This document shows positions 11,139 to 23,774 of a stretch of DNA of 64,000 nucleotides, piece after piece; position 1 is the stretch's first letter; each line of letters begins with the position of its first letter. Location of the stretch: positions 620,001-684,000 of the forward strand of contig CP145411.1 in NCBI GenBank assembly GCA_036867785.1. Reading direction: 5' to 3'. The notes under the pieces are model-generated. The model did no database searches, had not been told where the DNA came from, and saw only the letters and a list, made by a program, of their open reading frames with translations. The stretch comes from Plasmodiophora brassicae (Eukaryota). The position numbers and the translations under genes are program-made.

Positions 11139-12407
11139 ATGTCGGTGGGACACGTTGTCTGCGTCTGCTTCGTGCTGGCGGCTATCGCTTGTCAAGCGAC
11201 AGACAATGCACTTCCACGATATGGGGCTGTCGAGAGCTCGGATCAGGCGTCGCCCGATAGCCACGCCGGCGGCATTCTGCTGCCGACCATTGCCAGTCAG
11301 CGTGCCGAGTCGAACGCGCCAAACTGGAGATATCGTCAGCAATTACTGTGCGCTCGCCCGCACTTCCGGCTGGCCATGTTCCTATACACAACACCGATCC
11401 GTCGTGAAACGATCTTGGGTATCATGGCGTTCACTGTCGCCATTCTGCAACTCTTCCTAGTCGTCTCCCGGTACGTTCAGTACACGACTCGCCCGTATGA
11501 CGATCCCGCCCTGAAGAGCAACGACGCCCCTCGCATGTTCGTCTGTTTGATGGCGTTCGTCACGTTGCTTACCGGAAGCTTTCTCTCTGCGGTGATCTGG
11601 GCCCATTCTCGTAACGCTCGCCATCTGTAAGCTGACCGACATGTTCGCGTGGTGTTATATCTAAACGCTGACCACAGTGGCATCCGGTTGTTTGCATGGG
11701 CCGCCATCCTGAACGTCATGACGACCGCAGTCAGGCTGCCCTATATCGCGTCCGATATCGTGCAAGCCCACGATTGGCAAGCTGCTTGCGGCTCCAGTTC
11801 CGTGTCGCTGATGACTGACGGTTCTGGCCGCTGGTGGATGAACAACGCTGAGGTCGGCCAGACGACGATCCAGGACGCTGCAGACGGCTCCAGTACAACG
11901 CTCACGTTCCACGCCAGCGGTCTAGCCAGCATGCCTGCGGCAAACCCAGTTACAACCGTGAAGGTCATCGTGGACCGTATGGGCAATGGCGTTGTTGTCG
12001 GCTCCTGCTTCGACCCGAACCGGCCGTGTGATCTGGCGACCGGGTCCATCGCTGTTCGCACCCGGCGACGTCTGGCTGGATTCGTCAGGAGTTCATCGGC
12101 GCCGGAAACGACCATGTTTGCGTCTAACAATGCCGACTGGGGCAACAACCCATTCGCTTTGTACTCGATCGACGATAACAGCATCGCCATGCACACAGTC
12201 GTCCAGCCATCCGGCCCGGGCATTCGTATCTGCAGCAGCAACGTCCAGCTAGCATTCCTGACGGCCGCACTCGTCAACGCGTTCCAAGCGAGGGTGGCTA
12301 CCTGCAACCATTGTCATGAGCAGTGCCTGACCGTGTCCAGCTCTGGGCAAGCTTGCAGCGACCTCTGCACCGTACAATGTGTTGGCATCGGGTCGCGCAG
12401 CGTATAA
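11139..12407 (+). CDS. Hypothetical membrane protein (signal peptide, ~3 TM helices, Cys-rich C-terminus)
   Basis: Intron 11627-11677 (gtaagc...cacag) joins ORFs 11139 and 11649 in frame; hydrophobic N-terminus; ends CNHCHEQC..CSDLCTVQC. Confidence 0.65.
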
Positions 12408-12620
12408 TCGGGAAAGACCCTGACGAGGGCCCGTGCACTCCAAACACGCTGGATATGGGTTTCTAAAACGAATGAGGTTCTTGTGGCCACTGTCAGGGTA
12501 CCGATGTCTCCGACCATCATCCGTGGTGGAGCGACCGTGACTCGCCTGGTGCAGGTCGAGTTCGCCACCGTGACTCATTTCGTCGCCATCATTATTGTAT
12601 ACGTTAAATAGGCGGCGCGT

Positions 12621-13522
12621 ATGGCGTACGACCTCCACTTCATAGAGCACGCCCTTGACCGGGAATCGAGGATGGAACGCGGTGTGGCGCTGTTCAAGCG
12701 GAAGCAGGTCGACGAAGCGCTGGCGTACCTGGAGGCGGCGCTAGACCTGGAGCCCGGTACGCCAGGGCGCACAGCCAGGCTGCATTACTACATCGCGGAA
12801 TGCCATTTCGGCAAGCGCGACTACGAGCTGGCCATGTACCATTACAACACGTCGATCGAGATGAACCCGAACGATTTCCAGGTCTATTTCGATCGTGGGT
12901 ACCTGCACCAGAAACAGAACCGGACGATGGCCAGCATCGACGATTTCACGGCCTGCATCGCCCTGAACGGCGCGTTCCCCTCCGCCTATCATAACCGTGG
13001 GATCGCCTACAAACAGGTTGGCAACATCGACATGGCCATCGAGGACTTGCGCAAGGCGGTCGCCATGTCCAGCTCCCACGTTCGCACAAAGAAAAGGTCA
13101 GGGACGCGTTTCGTCACGTGTTCTGCCCATTCCTAAACGTGCGCCCTAGTCTGCTGGACCTGCTTCTGCCGCAGGCCCTGCGTGACCTCCGACTTGGGCG
13201 GTACCAGGAGGCCCTCTCTCGTCTCGACGAGTGCGCTCGCTTGGATCCCGTCCCCGCGCAGGTCTTCTCCGAGCGCGCCGCCGTCTACAGCAGGCTGGGT
13301 CGGTACCGCGATGCCGTCGACGACTACACATTGGCGCTGGACCTGCGCCCACGTAGCACCGACCTGCTCAAAGGCAGGGCGGACGCCCACCAGCGCTTGG
13401 GCAATATCCGGGCGGCCATGAGAGACTACATGGCGATCCTCGACGTCCGGCCTGCGTCGAACACGGCGTCCCGCGGTCTGAGCACATGCCTACTACAGGC
13501 AGAAGTCGGCCACCCATACTAA
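12621..13522 (+). CDS. TPR-repeat protein (one intron ~13097-13149)
   Basis: Repeats such as VYFDRGYLH..SIDDFTACIALN, AYHNRGIAY..AIEDLRKAV, ERAAVYSRLGRY.DAVDDYTLALDL. Confidence 0.85.
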
Positions 13523-13792
13523 TTCTACACACCGATCTACGTATCCCTTCATAAGTACTTTTTAAGTAATTGTAAAGTACAGTCCAAAAAACGATGAGCC
13601 CCAGACAGCCGCGTCTCCCAGTGGTGTGCTGTTCGGTGAGGTATATTCCGTGTTCTACCCATTCGCAATCGGGCGGATTTTCGGTGGCCGGGGGCCAAGT
13701 TGGAACGGACGGATGGTTTGTGGGCGGGTTGGGGCGCCAGCGCGAACCGGTCTGACGACCGATACTGGGGTCAGGCTCAGATCGCGGCGGTG

Positions 13793-14326
13793 ATGCAGTT
13801 CATGGAGCGCGTGCCGGCGCTGCAGCGCGCGCTGAAGCGCGTCCAGTCGGGGCAGGCTACGGCGTCCCCGCAGGAGATCGCCAACATGGCTCGGGTTCGC
13901 CAAGCTCGCAAACAGGATTGGTTTACCAGGGTATTGACTATGTATTGGTGGACAGAAGGTCCAAGACCTGCAGGCTGATATCTTGGTCCAGCGTATGCTC
14001 ACGTTTGGCGAGGCCGTCAAGGGCGTGCCAGAAGAGCTTGCTTCGGTTCGCGACAAGATCGCGAATCCGTTGAAGCTTACCGTTCGCCAGGTATGGAGCA
14101 AGCCTCTTGGCGAAGCATTTTTACGCGCTGAGTACAATGTCTAGGTCGCCGAGGGTGCTGTCGTTGCTGTGCAGATCTTCGGCTTTTTCTGCATTGGCGA
14201 AATGTACATATTGTCATTGCGTGTCCGTTTGAGACATCGCTGAATCCTGCTGCTAGGGTTGGTCGGCGACACGTTATTGGGTATACGACACCCGAGCAGA
14301 CGTCTAGCGCGGCCAGTCACCACTAG
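13793..14326 (+). CDS. ATP20: Mitochondrial ATP synthase subunit g-like (spliced)
   Basis: Spliced C-terminus LTVRQ/VAEGAVVAVQIFGFFCIGEM/VGRRHVIGY matches the subunit g GExxGRxxxxGY signature; start uncertain. Confidence 0.7.
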
Positions 14327-14459
14327 CGACGCGTACTGTGTGTGTTTCTTCCTCACGACAAATACATCAGGCATCAGTTGTTGGCCAGCCAACGACGGAA
14401 GAGCGTATTATTATAGCGGCTAATCGCTTGATCAGTCAGGGGATTTGTCGTGTCGAATG

Positions 14460-16738
14460 TCATCTCCATGATGATGAAGCAAATGCTCGTTGAGGCTGGC
14501 TGCTTGCCGGTGGTAGTGGCAGCGCCTCACGTACGAAACGTGACGCCTTCTCGGGAGTCGTCACGGACGAGAAGATGAATGCATCGCTTGCGCGTGTCAG
14601 TGCAACAAAAGCCAGGCGCCTCTGCTCTGCTATGAATGTCGTCGACGATGACGAGGACGAATGCAATGGCAGTTGGGGGAATGGCGGCCGGAACCGCCCA
14701 GGATACGTGGTATCAGGAGGCATAGAGAACACGACCAACCCGTACTCGAGACCCTTTGCCTTATGAACTGTCATGATATCCACGGACGGTTTCCTGGCAG
14801 GTGGCACAACATCGTCGCAGAATTGCTCTCCATGCGCTGCGAGCTGTGGAATCCCGATGTCAAAACCAGGGTCACAACGTCGACTGCGAGAAGGCCAACC
14901 TTCTGAAGGTAGGGTACTATGAGGTTAATCTGGTCCGTCCCGAGAGCCGATTCAATAGAGGAGGTGCGGCGAAGAAATTGCTCGAGATCCTCCTCGTCGA
15001 CGGCACACCAGGCGGCAACCGTGCTTACTACATCTCGGAACATCAGCTTTCTTAAGCCGTTGACGTCATCGAGTAATCGCTGGCATTCTGCGGAAAACTC
15101 AACGTCGTACTTATTGTCAGCATTCTCGGCGACCGCCTCCAGGCGGCGCCAAAGGGTCCAGCTACCGGGCCGTGACGGGATGGTTACGTCGAGACCCTCT
15201 GTCAGGACCACGATATCCATTGGGGCGAACGTGTACAGGTGAGACGTGACGATGTTGAAAAGGGACTTGGCGTTACTGGGAGTCGTGAGCGCGATTAAGA
15301 ACGACACCATCTGCATTCAGTCAATACGCGACTCTCGCTCGATGTGGCAAACGAGTCATACCAATCGTATCTCAGGGATGTGGAGCAGGCCCCCACCAAC
15401 AACCCGGACAGGGACATGCTTGGAAAGCAGTCTTCCGATACGAGCGCATGCGTCGTTGCTCCTTGTTAGTACGCATACATCTGACAGCGTCCGGTCAGGG
15501 TGCTCAGCAATGAACCCTGCGCGACCCGACGTGAGCACAACCGCAACGCATGCACTGTCGGACGCACCACGAATCCGTTCTGCAATAGTCAAGGCTTCGT
15601 CGTCCGGTGAGGTACTGTATAGTGCCTCGAGAACGCCTGGCGAATCCATTGGCAACGCAGAGGTGAGAGGAGGTCGATCAAGCCGGCCGGCATTGTACAC
15701 GATCAGTCTCTGGGCAGCACTGACAATCCGTTCTCGACATCGGAAGCTCGTTGACAGAGTTGCGAGTTCCATATCAGGGTAGTGGTCTCGGAACTGCTGG
15801 ACAGCACTACCGAGTGCTCCCGGACGAAACGAGAAGATCGACTGGTCTTCATCACCGACAGCGGTTATGGCCGTCTGACCGTCGCGTGCAACGATGTGGC
15901 GCAGGAACGCAAACAAAGATGTGCACACATCCTGGCACTCGTCGACAACGATTAGACGGTGGAGGCCACTGATCACGGATTGCATATCGGTCCTCGCCTG
16001 CAGCAGGTTCGTGCACAGCTGCAAGACGTCGGCGTAGTTGAGCATGTTCGCCCGGCGTTTGATCGTTTGAAACGACGCAAACATGCGCGATAGCTCATCG
16101 TCGTACGACTGCAACGCGTCGGACGGCAGGTTCAGCTCCTGGATATGGTTGAACGCTCGCAGCAGATCGTTGCACGCCGCGGGCTCCCGGTATCGGTCCG
16201 GGGCCACCAGCTCGTCCAGATGGTTGTGCAGGAACACACTTTCCTGCACCGGGTCGCACACCTAGGGCCACCGGGTCGGCACCAAACGAAACAGGTCGAC
16301 ACTTGGTCAGCACCGACCCTGAAGTCTGCCGGGAGCGATGCCTCGGTCGCGTACGAGCGCAACAAATCAGTCGCGAACGCATGAAACGTGAACACGTTGC
16401 AGTGCTGGTTGGGCCCCAGTATATCGCGCAAACGTCGCTGCATGCTATCAGTGGCACGCTCTGTGAACGTCAGCGCGAGGACATGCTCTGCTGCGACATC
16501 TCCTCTGCCGATCTGGTGCGCTATCCGATGTGCAATTATCTGCACGCAGGAGCAAACATGTTCAGACGCGCCTCTTCGTGCGCGTCACGAGCAACGCGCA
16601 GCCGACGTGGGTTTTTCCAGTGCCGGGCCCGGCCAGGACGAGCAGTCTCCGGGCGGGATGCTGAACGACGGCCTCCTGTTCACTGGTCAGCGAGGAGGTC
16701 CATAGCGCGCGCGCGCCCCGCAGCGCCCCGACCCGCAT
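14460..16738 (-). CDS. UvrD/Rep/PcrA-family SF1 DNA helicase
   Basis: LLVLAGPGTGKT, VLALTFTERA, TFHAFA, IVVDECQD, AVGDEDQSIFSFR, SFRC, VLTRSN, MTVHKAKGLEY, EQRRLAFVALTRA. Confidence 0.92.
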
Positions 16739-17143
16739 CTACGCGGCGGCGTCGATGGATCTGCCGTGCAACTTCCCCGTGGCCATCGTGCAGCTCCCAC
16801 TGGGGCAACCCGTCGACACCCGACCGAACCCCGCTGTGCGCCTTCAGCAGACATGCCGCGACACCGATCGGTCGATGCTACCGGCGCTCTCGTCGCAATC
16901 GTCACTGATATTTCTCACAGCTGGGCAACGTTCCTGATCCGTAATGTCGCTTGCGTACGTTGGGGCGGGGTCGCTGACAGGATGCCCTGGGGCGGGTCTG
17001 TAGGATATGGCGACGCAGAGTGCGGTGCAAGGTTCCAGCGCGCCAAGTCGCTGTACGCCATGCAGGCTGGCAGCGATTTCGTGTCAGTCTAAATTGGGCG
17101 GCGCGCGCGCGCGACGACACAGTCGCTGAATTGTGTCAGTGGC

Positions 17144-17473
17144 ATGCGCGCCAGCGCCGGCATCGTCGCTGGCGTCACCGTGGTCGTCGTCCTGCTGTCA
17201 TGGTGTCAATCGGCGCCCGCTGCCGAGTTCAGGGATCCAGGGCCGGTCCGTGCGCTGCCCGGTCCAGGAGACGATACCCTGCTTGGTGACGTGTTCGCCT
17301 ACCAGTACGTCATCGCGGCCACGTACGGAATCGCGCTGGTCGTCGCCGTTGTCCTGCTCGCCCTGCAAGAATTCCTGCTGCGTTGCCGGCTGAACAGCCA
17401 CCCTGATGGTCAATCCGATGCCGTCTTCCGCTCCGTCATTCCCGACGAAACACGAACACGACGACGGACATGA
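17144..17473 (+). CDS. Small signal-peptide/single-TM protein
   Basis: Hydrophobic N-terminus and a TM segment (YVIAATYGIALVVAVVLLAL); AATAAT after the stop. Confidence 0.55.
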   Translation: MRASAGIVAGVTVVVVLLSWCQSAPAAEFRDPGPVRALPGPGDDTLLGDVFAYQYVIAATYGIALVVAVVLLALQEFLLRCRLNSHPDGQSDAVFRSVIPDETRTRRRT

Positions 17474-17572
17474 ATAATAATGAAGGTCTATCGCTGTATG
17501 ACGCCCGAGGCCGTTCGTAAGGCCCAACCGGGATGAGATCGTGTTACTCGAAGTTATGGGATAGGTAGGGTG

Positions 17573-19425
17573 ATGATGGTGCCGAAACGGGCCTTCTACG
17601 CGGCGCCGCGGTCTACGATGTTGCTGGCGTTTAGGCGGCGATGTCGTTGTTGGTGCCGTCTGCAGACGACGCTTGCTGGCGAGGGCACACCCACGTCGAC
17701 CGCCGGCGTCATCGTCTCCGACGGTCTCTGGCCGGCGCCGTACGATGTCATTCAGTGGACCGGCCCGCACGCGGTGGAATTCTGCACAGCGCTGGCGACC
17801 CGCACGAAGCAGAACCCGTTCGTACGTCGTGACGAGTCGGTGCCGTTGGACGTCGCATTGGCCGCTCATGCTACGTGAAACAGGTCGCCGCGCATGCGAT
17901 CCACCTGCTGAGTCGAGGGCACCTACAGACGATCGACATGCTCGAGCAGTTGGCATGCTCGGGCGAGCGTGCCAACGCAATCGCCATGCTGATCGCCAAG
18001 ATGATCCATGGGGCGGCACCGGAAACGTCGGTGACCTGGTCGCCATCCAGGAAAGTGTCGGGCGACATTCTTGACGACCGCCATGGGCTGCTGGCCTGGA
18101 TGCTTCAGCGCGTGTACCCACCAGCCTTCGTTTTCCTCGGGCATCATCTCAAACGTGTTCTGCCGTCACGTACGCACGACGTTGGGCAATGGTCGCGATT
18201 ACTGACCTTCACCGGTGATCGCAGGCAAATCGCAGATCCGGCACTGGATTGAGGTCTTCTACAAGGAGGATTCGCTGCCGTTGGGCGCACGCCTGGACGG
18301 CGTCGCGTCCGTTGCCAAGCAGGCTCCCGTCGATTCGCTACTCGAGATTGCCGTCAACAACCTCGTCGACGACGGCCATCGAGGGTACGCACGCCTGATC
18401 TGTAGCGAGATCCGTACGAAACGAACGGGATCGCACGTCGTGTTATTCGCTGAGCGTCGTTCCTCTGTAGAAGCCCAGTCCCGGTGGATGGTCGGAATGA
18501 ACATTCTGACTGGACGCATGAAGCTTGGTGCCAAGATGCACCAGATTTTCGTGGACAGCGACGAATTCCTCGATCTAGCCGAGAACGCGCTCAAGAAGCA
18601 CGAATACGTCGGCGTCGATACGGAAACGAAACCAGCGCACAGGAAAGGTACCCATCGGGATGGTTCGATGCGCTCAACCCCAGTCGACTATGGTGTGTAG
18701 GCGTTCGACACCCCGTTGCCATCGTGCAAATTGCCACCGAACGCTCCGTCTTCGTCTTTGACCTTCTTGTCAAGGACACACGGCTTCGGCGGCGGATGAT
18801 GGCCGTTGTGGCCGATGTACTTTCCAACAAGGACATTGTCAAACTCGGTGTCGCCGTGAAAGGGGACATCGTCGGCCTGGCCAAGTCATCCCCCGCGTAC
18901 ATCCCTGTGGTACGACGCCATGGTCTGATACTTCCATTGCAGATGTTACAAACCGTTCGACATCGGGGCGGCCAGTGTCGTTGACCTCAACGACATCTTC
19001 ATGGATTTGTATCCAGGAGCCACAGCCAAGTCGTTGCGGCGCCTGGTCGTGTTCTGTTTCGGGATGAGGCTGGGCAAAGCACAGCAGGTAGGCGCTCGGG
19101 CGCCCGCGCGTGCCCAGGTAGTACTCGCTCACACGGTGGCGATCAGATGTCGGACTGGTCGGCTCGGCCCCTGTCCCAGGTGCAACTGCACTACGCCTGC
19201 CTGGACGCGTACGTCGCCATTCCCGTCGCCCGCCGCCTGATCGCCATGGGCGAGGGTTCCGACGCCCCGTTCCTGCAATGCCTGCGCGCATACGCTGTCG
19301 ACTACGCCAGGCCAGTACCACCGCCGTCGTCCCGCAGCGCGGACACCACAGCCGGCGCGCCCGAACCACCACCCGCGCAGCCGACGCCCGCCGGCGACTG
19401 CGACCCAGCAATAAAGTCGTCGTGA
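17573..19425 (+). CDS. DEDDy 3'-5' exonuclease (WRN/Mut-7/EXD-like), spliced
   Basis: YVGVDTETKP, VAIVQIAT, FVFDL, DIVKLG, LGKAQQ/MSDWSARPLSQVQLHYACLDAYV. Confidence 0.85.
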
Positions 19426-19653
19426 CGTTGGCGGACTGGTAGCACGACGACGCGTGCGCGTGTCCCTGTGCTGTGCGTTGCGGGCCGGCGGACCACCATG
19501 ATCATCAGTGAAGGCGGCGGCGTCGGAGATGGACGCGGTGGCGGGCACGGCCAAGGGGCGGGGCGGCGGGGCGCAGTGCCACGGACTTGGTGACGACGAC
19601 CCTGTAGCGGGTTGGCGTTCGATCGGACGCTCTCCACCCTGCCACGGCCACAC

Positions 19654-20802
19654 ATGTCGGCCGCCGTCAAGCGTCGCCGACGCAGCGAGGGCGGCGACAT
19701 GGCCGCGATGACGATGGTGACGGACGAGGACAGCGTCGCCGGGCACATGGATGCGTCACCGTCGCAGAACGATTTCGCATCGCCGACGGCCGGCGCGCCC
19801 GTGACGACCTCGATGACCGGCGAGCCGTCGCCCGTTGCCGACCAGCAGGCCGCCGTGCAGTCGCCGGCGGCCCTGCCGGCACCGCCGCCGGCGCCGCAAC
19901 CTGCGCACCCTGACTCGATGCTCCCTCTGGAGGCGCTCATGTCGCTGCCGGCCTCCCAGCGCTGGACGCCGCTCTCGCTGCGCTGCCGCATGTGGCACAC
20001 GGAACGAAAGCGGACGCTGTCGGGCGACCGGCGCCCGCGTCTCGCCGACCTGCCCGACTTCATCAAGGTGCAGCCGTTGTACCGCGTGCACCAGGACGAG
20101 ACGCGCGTGCTGCAGGTCCTGGAGCTCGCCAAGGGCGGCCTGGACGGCATCCACGAGAAGCACTGCGCCGCCTGTCGGCAATGCACGCGAACGAAACAGA
20201 TGCTCCTGTGCCAGGGCTGCACCTACGTCTACCATCGCGAGTGCTGCAAGCCGCCGGTTCGCGTCGTCGATTCCCGCGACTTTTACTGTGCCGATTGCCA
20301 GAGCCAGGGCCTGCCCGACAAGAAGCCGGAAGCGCCCGTCGCTCCCGTCACCGTGCACGTCCCCAGAAAGAACAAGGCGCGGTCGCAGGCGCCAGCGGCG
20401 GCGGTGCCGCCCGCGAAGAAGGCCATCACCGATCCCGGAGAACCATCGCACGCTTCTGTCAAGCAGCAGCAAGTGCAGGTCCCGGCGCAGCCACAACAGC
20501 ACCAGTACGTGAAGACGATCACGGCGCCGATGGTGGAAGGGGCGGCGGCGGCGGCGGCGGCGGCCGGCGCCGTCATGGCGGACACGTTCACCCGGGAGAA
20601 CTATCGGGTCCTGTTCAACTTCCTGTCCAGGCTGGGCGACAACGGGTTCATCACGAAGCACGAGCAGGGCCTGATGAAGAACCTGATCATCGCCCGGGAC
20701 CCGCAGGCCGTCGTCATGCTGTCCATCATCGACATTGTCGAGTCGGGCGGCGACCTGAACGACGCCGTGGACTCGCTGCGTCGCATCCTGCTCGTCCAGT
20801 GA
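19654..20802 (+). CDS. PHD-finger protein (intronless) with C-terminal helical domain
   Basis: CAAC..MLLCQGCTYVYHRECC..FYCADC PHD pattern. Confidence 0.85.
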   Translation: MSAAVKRRRRSEGGDMAAMTMVTDEDSVAGHMDASPSQNDFASPTAGAPVTTSMTGEPSPVADQQAAVQSPAALPAPPPAPQPAHPDSMLPLEALMSLPASQRWTPLSLRCRMWHTERKRTLSGDRRPRLADLPDFIKVQPLYRVHQDETRVLQVLELAKGGLDGIHEKHCAACRQCTRTKQMLLCQGCTYVYHRECCKPPVRVVDSRDFYCADCQSQGLPDKKPEAPVAPVTVHVPRKNKARSQAPAAAVPPAKKAITDPGEPSHASVKQQQVQVPAQPQQHQYVKTITAPMVEGAAAAAAAAGAVMADTFTRENYRVLFNFLSRLGDNGFITKHEQGLMKNLIIARDPQAVVMLSIIDIVESGGDLNDAVDSLRRILLVQ

Positions 20803-21130
20803 CCGGCCGACGCGCGGGCCCCGGGTCGGCAGGCGCATGTGGAGACGCAGAGACGACGACGACGACCAATGATCGGTTTCACATTCGCTGATGGCTACCG
20901 TGCGCGTTGATTATCACCCAGTATCCATAAACGAGGCACATCTTGCGGGTCGAGCGTGGCCTTCGGACGGATTTCGTTCCCCCATCACAGGACGACAGAG
21001 GCACCATCTGCCGATGTTGGGTCGCGGGCGACGCCTCCCATCGGCCAGGTGCTGCTGGGTCTCCAGCACGCCGTCAGGCGTTCCGCCTGCCAGGAAGCGG
21101 AACGGCAAGGTATGGGGCTGGGAGCGGAAG

Positions 21131-23358
21131 ATGTCGGGTGACAATCGATTCCCGGACTGGATCGCCGCTTGGACCCGTCAACGGTACTGTTCGCGCGCCC
21201 GTGCTGTTCCCTTCTGGCCTGCCAATCGCATCGGGTGTCGCCAGGTTCTATAAGGTCAGCTCTATGGGCTTTGTCGCCACAGCGTCGGCAATGGCGATCC
21301 TGGGGCCAGAAGCGATCACGCCGTGGGCGCTCGCCATTCCTGCTTCGTAAACACGCCCGCCTGCCCGCTTTCGCGACCGACCACTGCTAACGGCAACGCG
21401 CAGGACGTTCTTTCTCGTCGGCATGAGGGATGTTCGTCAGCATCGGCACTCGATTCGCCGCAACTTCCCCGTCCTGGGGCGAATTCGTTACCTGTTCGAA
21501 TCGATTCGTCCCGAAATCCGCCAGTGTTAGGCGCTGGCCTGATCGCGCTTGCCACACGGTGCCAATGACACGCCTGCCTCAGACTTCGTGGAATCCGACT
21601 CGGAGGCCGTCCCCTTCTCCCGCGAGCACCGCAGCGTGGTGTACGCGCGGTCCAAGCTGATGCCAGACGCTCTACCGTTCGGCACACGAGAAGACGTGTT
21701 CGTGCCATCGTGTGGGATGGCGAGACGCCACTGGACGCTCACATGCTGGTGCACAGGTACAACCCCGGGTACGAGTTCGTGTGCCACAGGTGTGTGTCGT
21801 CGCACCACAGCCTTACCGCGTCGCGTATAACGCGTTCGACTGTGGCAGCATCTGGCCTGTTGCCGTTCCTCCAGAGAACCAGCGCGTCCTGATCGGCGGC
21901 CCAGACTGCAGGAAACCGTACAGTGCATCGCTCCTGAACATATCAGGTACGGCCCCCGTCCCGTGAGGCTCCATCTGCCAACGATAGCGGTGTGCCAGGG
22001 ATGTCGTACGGGGCCATCAGCGAGAACGCCATCCGGGCGCTGAACTTATCGGCAGGTACGTCCAGGAATTGCCCCTCTGTGTGTGTGTGTGTGTGTGTCG
22101 TGGTGGGGACCGATCCGGTGATGCCAGCCATGGGCAACTACTACCACAACACGGGCGAGGGTGGTGTATCGCGGTTCCATCTGGAGCACGGCGGCGACAT
22201 CGTGTGGAACATCGGGACGGCGTACTTCGGGTGCCGGTCGCCCGACGGCCGGTTCGACCCGGGCAAGTTCGCAGAAACGGCCGCCCTGGACAACATCAAG
22301 ATGATCGAGCTGAAACTGTCACAAGGGGCCAAGCCCGCCCACGGTCAGCAGCGATGGGCGCTGATCACGGAACGTTCATTGCTCAGGCCAGCGTTTATGT
22401 CACAGGCGGAATGCTGCCGCAGAGCAAGATTACGGCGGCGATCAGCGAGACGAGGGGGATCCCGATGGATCGCGATTGCCTGTCACCTCCCCAGCATTCG
22501 GCGTTCAGCACGCCGCGAGAACTCGCTGCCTTCATCGGCACTCTTCGCGAGCTGTCTGGTGGAAAACCTGTCGGCATCAAGCTCTGCATAGGCAACGCTC
22601 GATTATCCATCCTTGCCAGCGAATGACGATGAACTGACGGGACTGCATCATCAGGGCGCTTCGACGAGTTCATCATGCTGGCGCACGCGTTCCAGGAGAC
22701 GGGCATCGTACCTGATTTCATCACGGTCGATGGAGGTGAAGGTGGCACGGGAGCGGCCCCGCCCGAGTTCTCTGATCGCGTCGGCACCCCACTCGTCGAA
22801 GGCCTGCGCTTTGTCGACAACGTCCTCATTGGGGCGGACCTTCGTCACCGTATCAAGATCATCGCCAGCGGCAAGGTCCTCACTGGCTTCTCCATCGTGA
22901 AGAACCTGGTCGGTGATCGGCTCGTGTCGATGGACCATTCCGTCTAACAGGGCGTTCGTGTCTAACAGGCGCTCGGGGCCGACCTGTGCAATTCGGCGCG
23001 AGCGTTCATGTTTGCCTTAGGGTGCATCCAGTCGTTGAAGTGCAATACGAACACGTGCCCGACGGGGATCGCAACGCAGGATCCCAACCTGATGTACGGG
23101 CTCGTGGCGCCCGACAAGGCGGTGCGTTGTTACAACTTCCATACGAAGACGGTGGAGATCGCCGTGGACATGATCGGCAGCGTCGGGTGCACCAGCCCCG
23201 ACCTGCTGCGCCCGGGACACATCAAGAAGCGCATCAGCGAGACGCAGACGGCGTCGTACGAGGAATTGTACCCGACGATACCGGCAGGGAGCCTGCTGAA
23301 GGGTACGGCGCCCATCTTCCTCCAGAAGATCTGGGATCGTACCAGAGCCCATCAGTAG
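21131..23358 (+). CDS. Stand-alone FMN-binding glutamate synthase family protein (bacterial type), multi-exon
   Basis: MSYGAIS, HNTGEGG, IGTAYFGCR, IELKLSQGAKPAHGGMLP, SPPQHSAF, LRELSGGKPVGIKL, DFITVDGGEGGTGAAP, GCIQSLKCNTNTCPTGIATQ. Confidence 0.92.
22077..22098. repeat. (TG)n microsatellite in intron
   Basis: tgtgtgtg... run of about 11 units. Confidence 0.9.
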
Positions 23359-23774
23359 CCGGTACAGCCAAATAAAGGACGTCGTACCCGACCTCTGTTC
23401 ACCGCCTCCTCTCATGTCTGTCCAAATCGCGCCACAACGTTAAAACGAGGAACAAGCCGGCGCCGATAAACAGTCTTTGTGCTGCCACAAGCAATTCAGC
23501 GGGGCGCTGGTGGAACCGGTTCAATGCGAAGCGTTTCCTGTCTGGTCGAGATTCACTTCACGTCGGATACTTTGGATGTGTGGGCGTACCTGGAGACGAC
23601 AAGGTTACCGAACATCGGGGGGCGCCTCAATAAAGAAGATATTTCGCTGTATAGATCTCTTGGGCCCGGTTGAGATATCACGGGCACATCGCCTACGAAT
23701 CGCCTTGTCGTTGTTGTGGTTGTTGTGCCGCTGCCGTTGCGTCCCGTTCGTCACGTCCACAGTTGGCAGCAGGC

